Positions 20,521 through 29,589 of a stretch of DNA of 64,000 nt are shown here, one piece after another. Each line of letters opens with the position of its first letter. Within the stretch, counting starts at the first letter, position 1. Made by a program: the position numbers and the translations under genes. This DNA comes from an uncultured Thermodesulfobacteriota bacterium (GTDB lineage: Bacteria; Desulfobacterota; WTBG01; CAIYCZ01), in the NCBI GenBank assembly GCA_964594075.1, contig CAZQKW010000017.1, positions 1,290 to 65,289 of the forward strand. Reading direction: 5' to 3'. The notes below the pieces were generated by a model, which worked only from the letters and a program-made list of their open reading frames with translations, was not told where the DNA came from and made no database searches.

Positions 20521-22050
20521 ATGACTTTCAAAAACACGGATTACGCGCTCGCTTTATTATCTGGCGTTCTTTTAATTCTAATATTTCCGCAGGGGAACAT
20601 CAAAGAATTCGCCTGGATAAGTTTAGTTCCGCTGTTATTTGCGGTTCAGGGCAAAAAAACTTATAAGGGATTTCTTCTCGGCTCCCTTGCCGGTTTTGTG
20701 TTTAATCTTGGCCTTGTGTACTGGGTAACGGTTTCCATGACGACCTATGGCAAGCTGCCGATGATCTTGTCAGTTCTGGTCTTGATTCTGTTTGCGCTCT
20801 ATTTAAGCCTGTTTGTCAGTCTCCCGGTATGCTGTAGCTGTTATGTTGAAGAAAAGCAGGGTATCGAGATTGCTCATACACTCCCCTTTTTCTGGATAGC
20901 GAGCGAACAGGTGCGTTCATGGTTTCTTACCGGATTTCCATGGGAAAACCTTGGTTATTCTCAATTTGCCGTGCTCCCCGTCATTCAGATAGCAGACATC
21001 ACCGGGGTTTATGGCGTCAGTTTTCTACTGGTCATGGTAAACTGTGCGATTTATTCGCTTCTGGTATCACTGATTTACAAAAGAGCAATCTCTTACCAGA
21101 AGATGGCCGTTGCTTTTATGCTACTCGGTATAAGTCTGGGCTATGGTTGGGTGCGTCTCAGCTCATTAAAACCGGATCAGGGCGCAGCCATAAAGGTTGC
21201 GTTAATTCAGGGAAACATTCCGCAGGATGTCAAGTGGAATCCTGCATTCCTTGATGAAACAATGAAAATATACAGCCGATTAACCATGGAGACGGCGCCA
21301 CAAAAGCCGAATCTCATTATCTGGCCTGAAGCAGCGACTCCGTTTTATTTCCAGTCAGAAAAAGCCTATCAGGGACAGGTTGCAACGCTTCTGAGCAAAA
21401 CGGAGGCTCATTTGCTATTGGGTAGTCCTGCCTGGGAGCGCACCGCAGACGGCATGCAGTATTTTAACAGTGCTTTTTTAGTCTCGCCAGACGGGCAGAT
21501 ACAGGGCCGTTATGATAAAATACATTTGGTTCCATACGGCGAGTATGTTCCGCTTAAACGGTTTTTCCCTTTTATCGAAAAAATGGTGGAAGGGATTGGC
21601 GATTTTTCCTCCGGCAGGGAAACTGCCGTCTTACATTTCCCTGGCGGGGCATTTGGCACACTGATCTGTTATGAAATTATTTTTCCCGACCTGGTGAGAA
21701 GATTCGCTAAGAATGGCGCCACGTTTTTGGTAAACATCACCAATGATGCCTGGTTTGGGCGCACGGCGGCGCCGTATCAGCATTTATCCATGGCAGTGCT
21801 GCGTGCGGTGGAGAACCGGAGACCTGTTGCCCGGGCTGCAAATACGGGTATCAGCGCGCTGATCGATGCTGACGGCAGTATTTTACAGAGCACCAACCTC
21901 TTTACTCCAGCGGCCATAACTGGTATTATTTTTAAAAGAACTGTTAAAACGTTTTATACCGGATACGGCGATGTGTTTGCATTGCTATGCATAGGAATAA
22001 GCTTATTGCTTCTTATGAGACCCGTCTTAATATTACTAAAAAACAGTTAA
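20521..22050 (+). CDS. lnt: Apolipoprotein N-acyltransferase
   Basis: GFPW, IWPEAA, YDKIHLVPYGEYVP, ICYEIIF, NITNDAWFG, RAANTGIS. Confidence 0.95.
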   Translation: MTFKNTDYALALLSGVLLILIFPQGNIKEFAWISLVPLLFAVQGKKTYKGFLLGSLAGFVFNLGLVYWVTVSMTTYGKLPMILSVLVLILFALYLSLFVSLPVCCSCYVEEKQGIEIAHTLPFFWIASEQVRSWFLTGFPWENLGYSQFAVLPVIQIADITGVYGVSFLLVMVNCAIYSLLVSLIYKRAISYQKMAVAFMLLGISLGYGWVRLSSLKPDQGAAIKVALIQGNIPQDVKWNPAFLDETMKIYSRLTMETAPQKPNLIIWPEAATPFYFQSEKAYQGQVATLLSKTEAHLLLGSPAWERTADGMQYFNSAFLVSPDGQIQGRYDKIHLVPYGEYVPLKRFFPFIEKMVEGIGDFSSGRETAVLHFPGGAFGTLICYEIIFPDLVRRFAKNGATFLVNITNDAWFGRTAAPYQHLSMAVLRAVENRRPVARAANTGISALIDADGSILQSTNLFTPAAITGIIFKRTVKTFYTGYGDVFALLCIGISLLLLMRPVLILLKNS

Positions 22051-22260
22051 GAAGGAATGGTCAAAGAGTCCATAACAGGCCAGAGTTTCTCTATGAGACG
22101 AGACCCCGGAGGTTACCGTGGGGATTTTTCTGTGTTTTTCAACAGAATATCATGTAAGGGCAACAACTGCCGAACCGAAGATTTTATTTTATGGCAGGGC
22201 AGGGTATCAGTATGTTGCTGCGCTTAATTATACTATCATAATCACATAACAGGAGATAAT

Positions 22261-23353
22261 ATGTCGGCAAGTCAATGGGAAGAAAAAGTGAACTCGTTAG
22301 AACAGCGCATGGAGACACTGCGAGGTTATCTTTGAGGTTGACCAAAAAAAGGCGCGTATAGCGGAATTAGAAAAGGAGATTGCCCGCCCTGATTTCTGGA
22401 CTGACCAAAAAAATGCCAAGAAGGTTGCCAAGGAACGAAAAACAATAGAAAATGTGTTAGCGCTCTGGAATAAACTTGAGCGGGAAATGGAAGACTGCCA
22501 TGTCCTGCTTGAACTGGCGCGGGATGGTGCGGATCAAGAGGTAGAGCGCGAGCTCGAACAGAGCACCCAGCGAATAGAACAGGAGGTTGCAGAACTTGAA
22601 TTTAAAAGAATGCTCAGCGGCGAGAACGATTTTAATAACGCGATCGTCAGCATTCACGCCGGTGCAGGGGGAACCGAAGCTCAGGATTGGGCTAACATGC
22701 TTCTACGGATGTATCTGCGCTGGGCAGAAAAACGAGGTTTCAAAGCAGATATTTTTGATATTCTTCAGGGAGAAGAGGCAGGCATTAAAAGCGCCACGTT
22801 CACGGTTAACGGTGATTATGCCTTCGGATATCTTAAAGCCGAGGTAGGCATTCACCGTTTAGTGCGAATCTCGCCATTTGACGCTAATGCGCGACGGCAT
22901 ACCTCGTTTGCATCGGTGTATGTTTATCCTGACATTGAGGACGATGTGGTTATTGAGATTGACGACAAGGACCTGCGCATTGACACGTTTCGCTCCAGTG
23001 GCGCCGGCGGCCAGCATGTCAACAAGACCGAATCAGCAGTGCGCATAACACACCTCCCGAGCGGCATTGTCGTGCAATGTCAAAATGAGCGTTCCCAGCA
23101 TATGAACCGGGCTATGGCGATGAAGCTTTTAAAAGCGCGCCTCTATGAAAAGGAGATGGAAGAACGGGAAAAGGAACTGGATAAGATTCATGCTTCGAAA
23201 AAGAAAATTGCCTGGGGAAGTCAGATTCGGTCCTATATTCTGCAGCCGTATCAGATGGTCAAGGACCATCGTACCGGGAAAGAAGTTGGAAATGTTGAGG
23301 CAGTTCTAAACGGGGATATTGACGAGTTTATCGAAGCGTATCTGTTAAGCTAA
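22261..23353 (+). CDS. prfB: Peptide chain release factor 2 with programmed +1 frameshift at CTT TGA (22330-22335)
   Basis: ORF1 MSASQWEEK...LRGYL ends in CTT TGA. The +1 frame continues EVDQKKARIAELE..PDFW and contains SPF and GGQ. Internal SD-like GAGGT lies just before the shift site. Confidence 0.95.
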
Positions 23354-23484
23354 AAAAACATTTTGTCTATAAAAGCACACACAGATAATACCGGATTGTT
23401 TGTGTCCTGTTTATTTCCCTGTCAATCAAAAACAGGTGCCGCTGTTATCGGGTATTACTACACTATAGTGCATTGAGGAAGCAC

Positions 23485-24069
23485 ATGCAAAATATTGCAA
23501 ATTTTCTATTTGAAGTGGGTATGCTCAAAAAGACGCCGCGCACTGGACTGCAGTTTCTGGGGTCTGGAGAAGAGTCGGTGGCCGAGCATGTGTTTCGTGT
23601 GGCAATTATCGGCTATGCACTTGCACGCCTGCATTCGGATGTGGATGAACTAAAGATACTCAAGATGTGTTTTTTGCACGACCTTCCGGAGGCACGAACC
23701 GGCGACTTGAATTATGTAAATAAAAAGTATGTGATTGCAGATGAGAAAAAAGCCGTGCAGGACCTTGCAGAAACAATTCCGTTTGGCACCAATATTCAGG
23801 AAATGATCGAGGAATTCAATCAGGCAGAGACTATAGAAGCCCGGCTCGCCAATGATGCCGATCAACTTGAGCTGATCCTCATGTTGAAAGAACATAAGGA
23901 CTTGGGAAACAGGTATGCTGAGGAATGGATTTCGTTCGCGCTTAAACGCCTCAGGACTGAAACGGCGCAGGATCTTGCCCGGGCAATTCTTGAAACGGAT
24001 TCAACCTCCTGGTGGTTTAAAGATAAAGGCGACTGGTGGATTAATGGCGGTAATCCGCGCCTCAAATAA
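23485..24069 (+). CDS. HD domain hydrolase (YfbR/HDDC2-like 5'-nucleotidase family)
   Basis: LK..PRTG, ESVAEH, LHDLPEARTGD, DADQLE. Confidence 0.88.
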   Translation: MQNIANFLFEVGMLKKTPRTGLQFLGSGEESVAEHVFRVAIIGYALARLHSDVDELKILKMCFLHDLPEARTGDLNYVNKKYVIADEKKAVQDLAETIPFGTNIQEMIEEFNQAETIEARLANDADQLELILMLKEHKDLGNRYAEEWISFALKRLRTETAQDLARAILETDSTSWWFKDKGDWWINGGNPRLK

Positions 24070-24092
24070 ACCACTACGCACCAGTGCGCCGC

Positions 24093-24806
24093 CTATTCTT
24101 TTAATTTTTCCATCTGTTCCAATATCTCGGGCGGCAGCTTGTCCCGCATATCCGGCGGAACCATGTCATTAAACAGCTGCAGGATGGTAGCCGGATCCGG
24201 TTCTTCTCCCTGTTCAAACTTCTGTTCAAGAATTTGATCCATCATATTAAGAAAATTCTGCTGAAATTTATCAGCATCCTCTTTGCTGATTTGCGGCGGT
24301 ACAATCTGCTGCGGTGCTTCCGCAACAGGATTTTTAACTTCCTCTGCCAGCGCTGGTTTTGGTGTCGGGGCTGAGCCGCTGGTGAGCTCTCTTTGGCCGC
24401 CTTTTTTCCCGATTAAATCAAGCTGCACCAACCGCGGCTGCGGCTCTCCTTCTGCAAAATGCATAAGGAAATTCTTGATATTAGCCAGCCGCAAAATGCG
24501 CTGAACACCGAGACGCACGGGAATCTGTTGAAATTGAACACTGACCGGCGTGTCGGTGAAAACATCGCCATATACAATAATTTTAATAGCGCATTTTTCG
24601 CCCAGCTCTTTCATTAAGTCCTCAGACCGCATATCCCGCGCCTGCACGCTGATAAACCCATTGGCATATTTAACCGCACCTTCTATAACTTCGTCGGCAG
24701 GATGAGGTTCTGCACTATCTTTTGCCATAATGAAGGCAGGATAAAAACCCCAAAAAACCAACAGGGGTAAAAGGACACGGATGAGCGTTATACGATTATG
24801 CTGCAT
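24093..24806 (-). CDS. Exported protein with STN/secretin-N-like domain
   Basis: Signal peptide, then SVQARD..EDLMKELGEK..IKI..PVSVQFQQIPV..GVQRIL, and a Pro/Gln/Glu-rich tail. Confidence 0.55.
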   Translation of the reverse strand: MQHNRITLIRVLLPLLVFWGFYPAFIMAKDSAEPHPADEVIEGAVKYANGFISVQARDMRSEDLMKELGEKCAIKIIVYGDVFTDTPVSVQFQQIPVRLGVQRILRLANIKNFLMHFAEGEPQPRLVQLDLIGKKGGQRELTSGSAPTPKPALAEEVKNPVAEAPQQIVPPQISKEDADKFQQNFLNMMDQILEQKFEQGEEPDPATILQLFNDMVPPDMRDKLPPEILEQMEKLKE

Positions 24807-25019
24807 AGATATAATAAACCTTTCATTGTGACTTAAAATTGATTAGCACCGATATTTGGACAAAAATAATTGTATGTCAATAAGAATTATATTATCAGGA
24901 CGATCCATAAAATCCCCTCCGCATTATTTCCAATTTACTTCGCTTCTCATCAAAACTGGGTGCTGATTGCATGCAATTCGCCAGATTTATAAAGATAATT
25001 ATGACGTAAAATTCGTGGA

Positions 25020-25970
25020 TTATATTTCTATCAGGATCTTTATATTTTGTTTCTGGCTTGCAGCCTCGACAGCTCTGATCGCCTGGTCAAGCGGAAAAAT
25101 TGCCGAAATGAGCGGGACCACGGCAATCTTCTTTTTCTGTAATGCCTCTATTGCCGGGGCAAAAGGGCCGCATCGGGAACCCCGCAACTGTATCTCATTG
25201 ATGACCACCGCATTAAAATCAATGGCGCGCTGTTCGGCAATTGTTGATTTTATAACAAGCGTGCCTTGCGGTTTAGTGAAACGCAACGCTGCAGAAAGGC
25301 CCGCAGGCGATCCAGTGCAGTCAACCACCAGATCAAAGGATTCATTTAATTCATCACTGCTTAATTTTGTATTTATTCCCAGCTTATTAAGTATAGATAA
25401 TTTTTCCTTATGCCTGCCCATTACGGTTACCGCAGCCTGAGTGTTGTGGAATACCTGAGAGCATAGGAGCCCCATTCTTCCATCTCCAAGCACCAGCACC
25501 CGAGAATTTACAGAAACCGGCACTTGGTCGAGAATCCGATAACATGCAGCAAGCGGCTCGACAAAAATTGCCTCTTCGTTCGTAATCGAATCAGGCAAAA
25601 GGTGAAGATTTCGTTCAGGAAGTAAAAGATACTCTGCAAAGGCACCATTTCTACCGCTGATCCCCAGAACGGAGCGGTTTGGGCAGTGATTATACATCTT
25701 CGCGGCGCAATTTGCACAGCTCAAACACGCACAATTAATTTCGCCAACAACTCGTTTTCCTATTAAAAACCCGCTGTCGGCCTCTTCAACCATGCCCACA
25801 AATTCATGCCCTATGATGCCCTTAAATGCCATGTATCCTTTTGTAATCTCAATATCTGTCTGGCATACGCCGGCCATAAGGACTTTTATGAGTGCCTCGC
25901 CCGGTGGTCTGACAGGCAACGGGAGATCATTTTGAAGCTGTAGTGTGCCGTTATAGTACAGACCTTTCAT
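25020..25970 (-). CDS. Zinc-dependent MDR alcohol dehydrogenase
   Basis: GVCQTD, GHEFVG, C-x-C-xx-C-xx-C-x7-C, GAFAEY, EPLA, GDGRMG. Confidence 0.92.
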   Translation of the reverse strand: MKGLYYNGTLQLQNDLPLPVRPPGEALIKVLMAGVCQTDIEITKGYMAFKGIIGHEFVGMVEEADSGFLIGKRVVGEINCACLSCANCAAKMYNHCPNRSVLGISGRNGAFAEYLLLPERNLHLLPDSITNEEAIFVEPLAACYRILDQVPVSVNSRVLVLGDGRMGLLCSQVFHNTQAAVTVMGRHKEKLSILNKLGINTKLSSDELNESFDLVVDCTGSPAGLSAALRFTKPQGTLVIKSTIAEQRAIDFNAVVINEIQLRGSRCGPFAPAIEALQKKKIAVVPLISAIFPLDQAIRAVEAASQKQNIKILIEI

Positions 25971-26192
25971 AACGATTATTTATATCATGTTATAAATGTC
26001 CGGGCAAAGACGCGTTAAAAAATGTTTTGCGACAAAAGTGAAAAACATCAGGAATATTATAAAGATTGGGCAATAATCAGTTAAGAGATTATCAGTATAT
26101 TCCGAACATAGCAATGAATAACTGATTCTTATTTAATACCCACGTGGCCGCACATAAACCCGATTGATGAAAAACAAAGAAGGTAAAAACAT

Positions 26193-28343
26193 ATGATAAA
26201 ATTGCATTCAACACTACCGATTAATAATGCAGAAAAAATGTTGCCGGAAATTCAGAAAGACACGATGGCTTTCCGGGTTCCCTATAAGGATACACGTTTG
26301 ATGAAGTCCTTTATCAACAAATATTATGCAGTATTTTTTATTTTTTTTGTGCTATTTACCATCTTTCTTTTACATAATTTCATACCTAACAAACTATACT
26401 TCCTTGACTTCTACTTCATCCCCGTCATTTTCAGCGCATATTATCTGCGGCGCAGCAGGGCACTGTCAGCGTCATTGATGACGGTGCTGGCGGTTTTTAT
26501 GTACTGTTTGGCGTTCTGGGAAACCAATCCTTTTAAGATGCCATTAGCGGACTCATACGTTCATGTTTTCACTTGGGGATGTTTTTTAATTCTGGCCGGC
26601 GCCATGGCGAGCGGGCTGTATGAAAAACTGATGATAGAAGTTGAACGTGGCAGGCAACACAATCAGGATCTGCTGCGCACTCAGCATGAACTTGAGCAAG
26701 CCCATGCAACATTGAAAAATTACGCTGAAAAACTTGAAATGCAAGTTAAAAACCACGATGTTGAACTTAACGAGGCACATGCCGCGCTCCGGGAATATAA
26801 CGAGAAGCTGGAGCTGATGGTGAGACAAAGAACCGAAGAGCTGGAAAAGTCAAAAGAAACCCTTGAGACATTAAAGTCAAAGGTTGAGACAGCGCTCTAT
26901 TCCACGATGGATTCCTCAGTAATAAAATTATTGCTGGAAGGCCGGCTGCGCAATGAGAAACGCACTGTCAGCATTCTTTTTTCGGACCTGGTAAATTTCA
27001 GCGCCTATTCTGAAGATACCCCTCCGGAAGTTGTCATCAGGGATGTCAACAATTATTTGGCGGAGATGGAACCCATTTTACTAGCCTACAATGGACACAT
27101 AGACCGGTATATGGGAGACGGCATCATGTGCGAATTTGGCGCGCCCGTTGATTACTCAATGTATCGATTAATGAGCGTCCTGGCGGCGATAAAAATGCAG
27201 GAAAAAATGACTGCAATAAACAGTCCCTGGCAGATGCGTATTGGAATTGCTTCGGGAACTACCATTATAGGGCTGGTGGGCAACAAACGACAATCCTATA
27301 CGGCGATGGGGGATGTGGTAAACATAAGCGCGCGCTTGCAGAAAGTCTGCAGACCGGGGAAAGTGTTAATTGATCGTTTCACCTATGAAACCGTTGGCCG
27401 GTTTATTGATGCGAACAAAAAACGCGAAGTGCCCACCAAAGATGACATCAACATGGAGTTGGAATTAACGCTTAAAGATTTACATGCACGCGCAGAAGCT
27501 GAACCGGACAATCCCGAACATTATTATGATATTGGAAAAATTCATATGGAGATGAACGAACTGCATGAGGCTCTTCGCTATTTTGAACGCGCCGTGAACC
27601 TTGATTACCGCTATGATAAAGCTAAAGTAGCCTATGCAGAAGCGAGTCTCAAAATGCGAAAAAATGAGACCATTAATCTTCGCGGCAGAAGGCAGAGGAT
27701 CGAGGCCTATGAAGTTGTTGCAATTAAGGATCCTTTTGACGACCGCGCCAGAGTTTCAGAAGACTTTGCACGTCGCTATCGGCATGTAGTGGATATGATT
27801 CCGATTCCAGAGGATGTCGTGTTGCCGGTTGAGGCGCTTGATGGAAGCATCGGTCATGGCAAACTGGTGGCCGTCTTCTCCTATGCGATTGCCAGCTGTT
27901 TAGGTCTTTCGGAACGCGAAAAAACCGACATACTCACTGCCGGATATGCAGCAGACATTGGCAAAGAGATTATACCGCATCATCTTCTGACCCGTACTGG
28001 AACCCTCACCACGCGAGAAATTGAGACATTGCGCGCACATGCAGCAGAAGGTCCCAGCGCGCTGCGGAAATTGGGTTATGATAATGACAATATCCTGAAA
28101 ATAGTGCGGCACAGTCATGAAAATTATAATGGCTCAGGCTATCCTGACGGGCTTAAAGGCGAAGAGATTCCCCTGGGTTCCCGCATTATCGCGGTCGCGG
28201 ATACCTATGCGGCCATGATATCGTGGCGTCCCTATCGCGATTCATGGGATTGTTCAGTCGCATTGGATGAAATCGCCAGGGGTGCAGAGGCCGGTATTTA
28301 TGACCGCAACGTTGTTGAAGCGCTCATCAAAGTACTGAGCTGA
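26193..28343 (+). CDS. Membrane class III nucleotide cyclase with TPR insert and degenerate HD-GYP domain
   Basis: About 3-4 TM helices and a coiled coil, then LFSDLVNFS / DRYMGDG / YTAMGDVVNISARLQ, TPR-like helices, and ADIGK / SHENYNGSGYP / RPYR. Confidence 0.85.
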   Translation: MIKLHSTLPINNAEKMLPEIQKDTMAFRVPYKDTRLMKSFINKYYAVFFIFFVLFTIFLLHNFIPNKLYFLDFYFIPVIFSAYYLRRSRALSASLMTVLAVFMYCLAFWETNPFKMPLADSYVHVFTWGCFLILAGAMASGLYEKLMIEVERGRQHNQDLLRTQHELEQAHATLKNYAEKLEMQVKNHDVELNEAHAALREYNEKLELMVRQRTEELEKSKETLETLKSKVETALYSTMDSSVIKLLLEGRLRNEKRTVSILFSDLVNFSAYSEDTPPEVVIRDVNNYLAEMEPILLAYNGHIDRYMGDGIMCEFGAPVDYSMYRLMSVLAAIKMQEKMTAINSPWQMRIGIASGTTIIGLVGNKRQSYTAMGDVVNISARLQKVCRPGKVLIDRFTYETVGRFIDANKKREVPTKDDINMELELTLKDLHARAEAEPDNPEHYYDIGKIHMEMNELHEALRYFERAVNLDYRYDKAKVAYAEASLKMRKNETINLRGRRQRIEAYEVVAIKDPFDDRARVSEDFARRYRHVVDMIPIPEDVVLPVEALDGSIGHGKLVAVFSYAIASCLGLSEREKTDILTAGYAADIGKEIIPHHLLTRTGTLTTREIETLRAHAAEGPSALRKLGYDNDNILKIVRHSHENYNGSGYPDGLKGEEIPLGSRIIAVADTYAAMISWRPYRDSWDCSVALDEIARGAEAGIYDRNVVEALIKVLS

Positions 28344-28605
28344 TACCCTGCCCATAATTTCCGCTTCGTAACATCCCTGAAATATATTTTATAAAGATTA
28401 AAAATCACAAGGCGTGGTTGTTGGCTCCCTCCGCTGTTTCACCATCGCAATTGAAATATTGTGAAAAAGTCCTCTTGATTTGACGTTGCGTTTTACTGTC
28501 GCCGCATGGTAATAATAGCCACTATTACAGTTTCAAAAACGAAGGTGCGTGCCACAAAGTTACAACGCATCCAACGTGTTGCGGATAAGGCGGGCAACGG
28601 ATTAC

Positions 28606-29481
28606 ATGCGTTTTGGATTTCACATTTCTATTGCCGGAGGATTTTCCAAAATTGCCGCACGAGCCGTCGATATGGAGTGTCAGTGCATTCAGTTCTTTTC
28701 TCAAAATCCGCGCGGCTGGGCACCTTCTCCGCTCAGGCGGAAAGAGGTTAATGCTTTTATTACGTCAATCTCGCTCACCACTATTCATCCCATTTTTATT
28801 CATATGCCCTATCTGCCTAATCTTGCCTCACCTGATGCCACTCTTTGGAATCGTTCCGTGCACTCATTGTGCATGGATCTGAGACGGGCCGAGCAGTTGC
28901 AGGTTTCTTATGTCATAGCCCACATCGGCCATCGTGGCGATCAAAGTGAAGAATGGGCCTGCGACAGGGTGAGTCTGGCTATAGACAGAGCCTTATCTGC
29001 TGTGCCCAATAGCGTACGGTTGCTTTTGGAAAATACCGCGGGGCAGGGCACTGAAATTGGATATTGCATGCATCATTTGCAACGCATTATTGCCGGCAGT
29101 AATCATAAGGATCGTTTGGGCATATGCCTTGATGTGGCGCATGCTTTTGCTGCCGGATATGATATGTCAACCAGCAGGGGGCTTGATATGATACTGCGGG
29201 AAATTGAACAGTATATTGGCCTTCACCGTCTGCATGTGCTGCATCTCAATGATACGACTTCAGGTCTGGGTTCGCGGGTTGACCGTCACTGGCACATTGG
29301 GAAAGGCAGCATTGGGATGGACGGATTCCGGCGAATCGTAAACCATCCGGCTCTTTGCCTGCTTCCCGGCATCATGGAGACACCCAAAAAGTCTGATGAA
29401 GACGACCGCATGAATATGAAGGTAATTAAGAGCTTGGTGAGGGGAAAAGGCAGATCTCTGAAGCAAAAAAGCGGTGAGTGA
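28606..29481 (+). CDS. nfo: Endonuclease IV
   Basis: GFHISIAGG, QFFSQNPRGW, HMPYLPNL, LLENTAGQG, CLDVAHAFAAG, HLND, DRH.HIG.G, METP. Confidence 0.95.
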   Translation: MRFGFHISIAGGFSKIAARAVDMECQCIQFFSQNPRGWAPSPLRRKEVNAFITSISLTTIHPIFIHMPYLPNLASPDATLWNRSVHSLCMDLRRAEQLQVSYVIAHIGHRGDQSEEWACDRVSLAIDRALSAVPNSVRLLLENTAGQGTEIGYCMHHLQRIIAGSNHKDRLGICLDVAHAFAAGYDMSTSRGLDMILREIEQYIGLHRLHVLHLNDTTSGLGSRVDRHWHIGKGSIGMDGFRRIVNHPALCLLPGIMETPKKSDEDDRMNMKVIKSLVRGKGRSLKQKSGE

Positions 29482-29589
29482 TTTTAGCTTCTCTTTACTG
29501 AAGAAAAATATTATAAGTGACAAGTGATGGTGAATCGTGCATGGTGAGATACCGGAGATTATTTATAACTGGATAGTAAGCTTTAACAT

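Noticed and set aside
22051-22260. Riboswitch or ncRNA between lnt and prfB
   Set aside because: Only short hairpins, with no match to c-di-GMP, SAM, TPP or other consensus sequences I know.
22333-22335. Selenocysteine read-through of the prfB TGA
   Set aside because: The 0 frame hits another TGA two codons later, while the +1 frame gives a canonical RF2.
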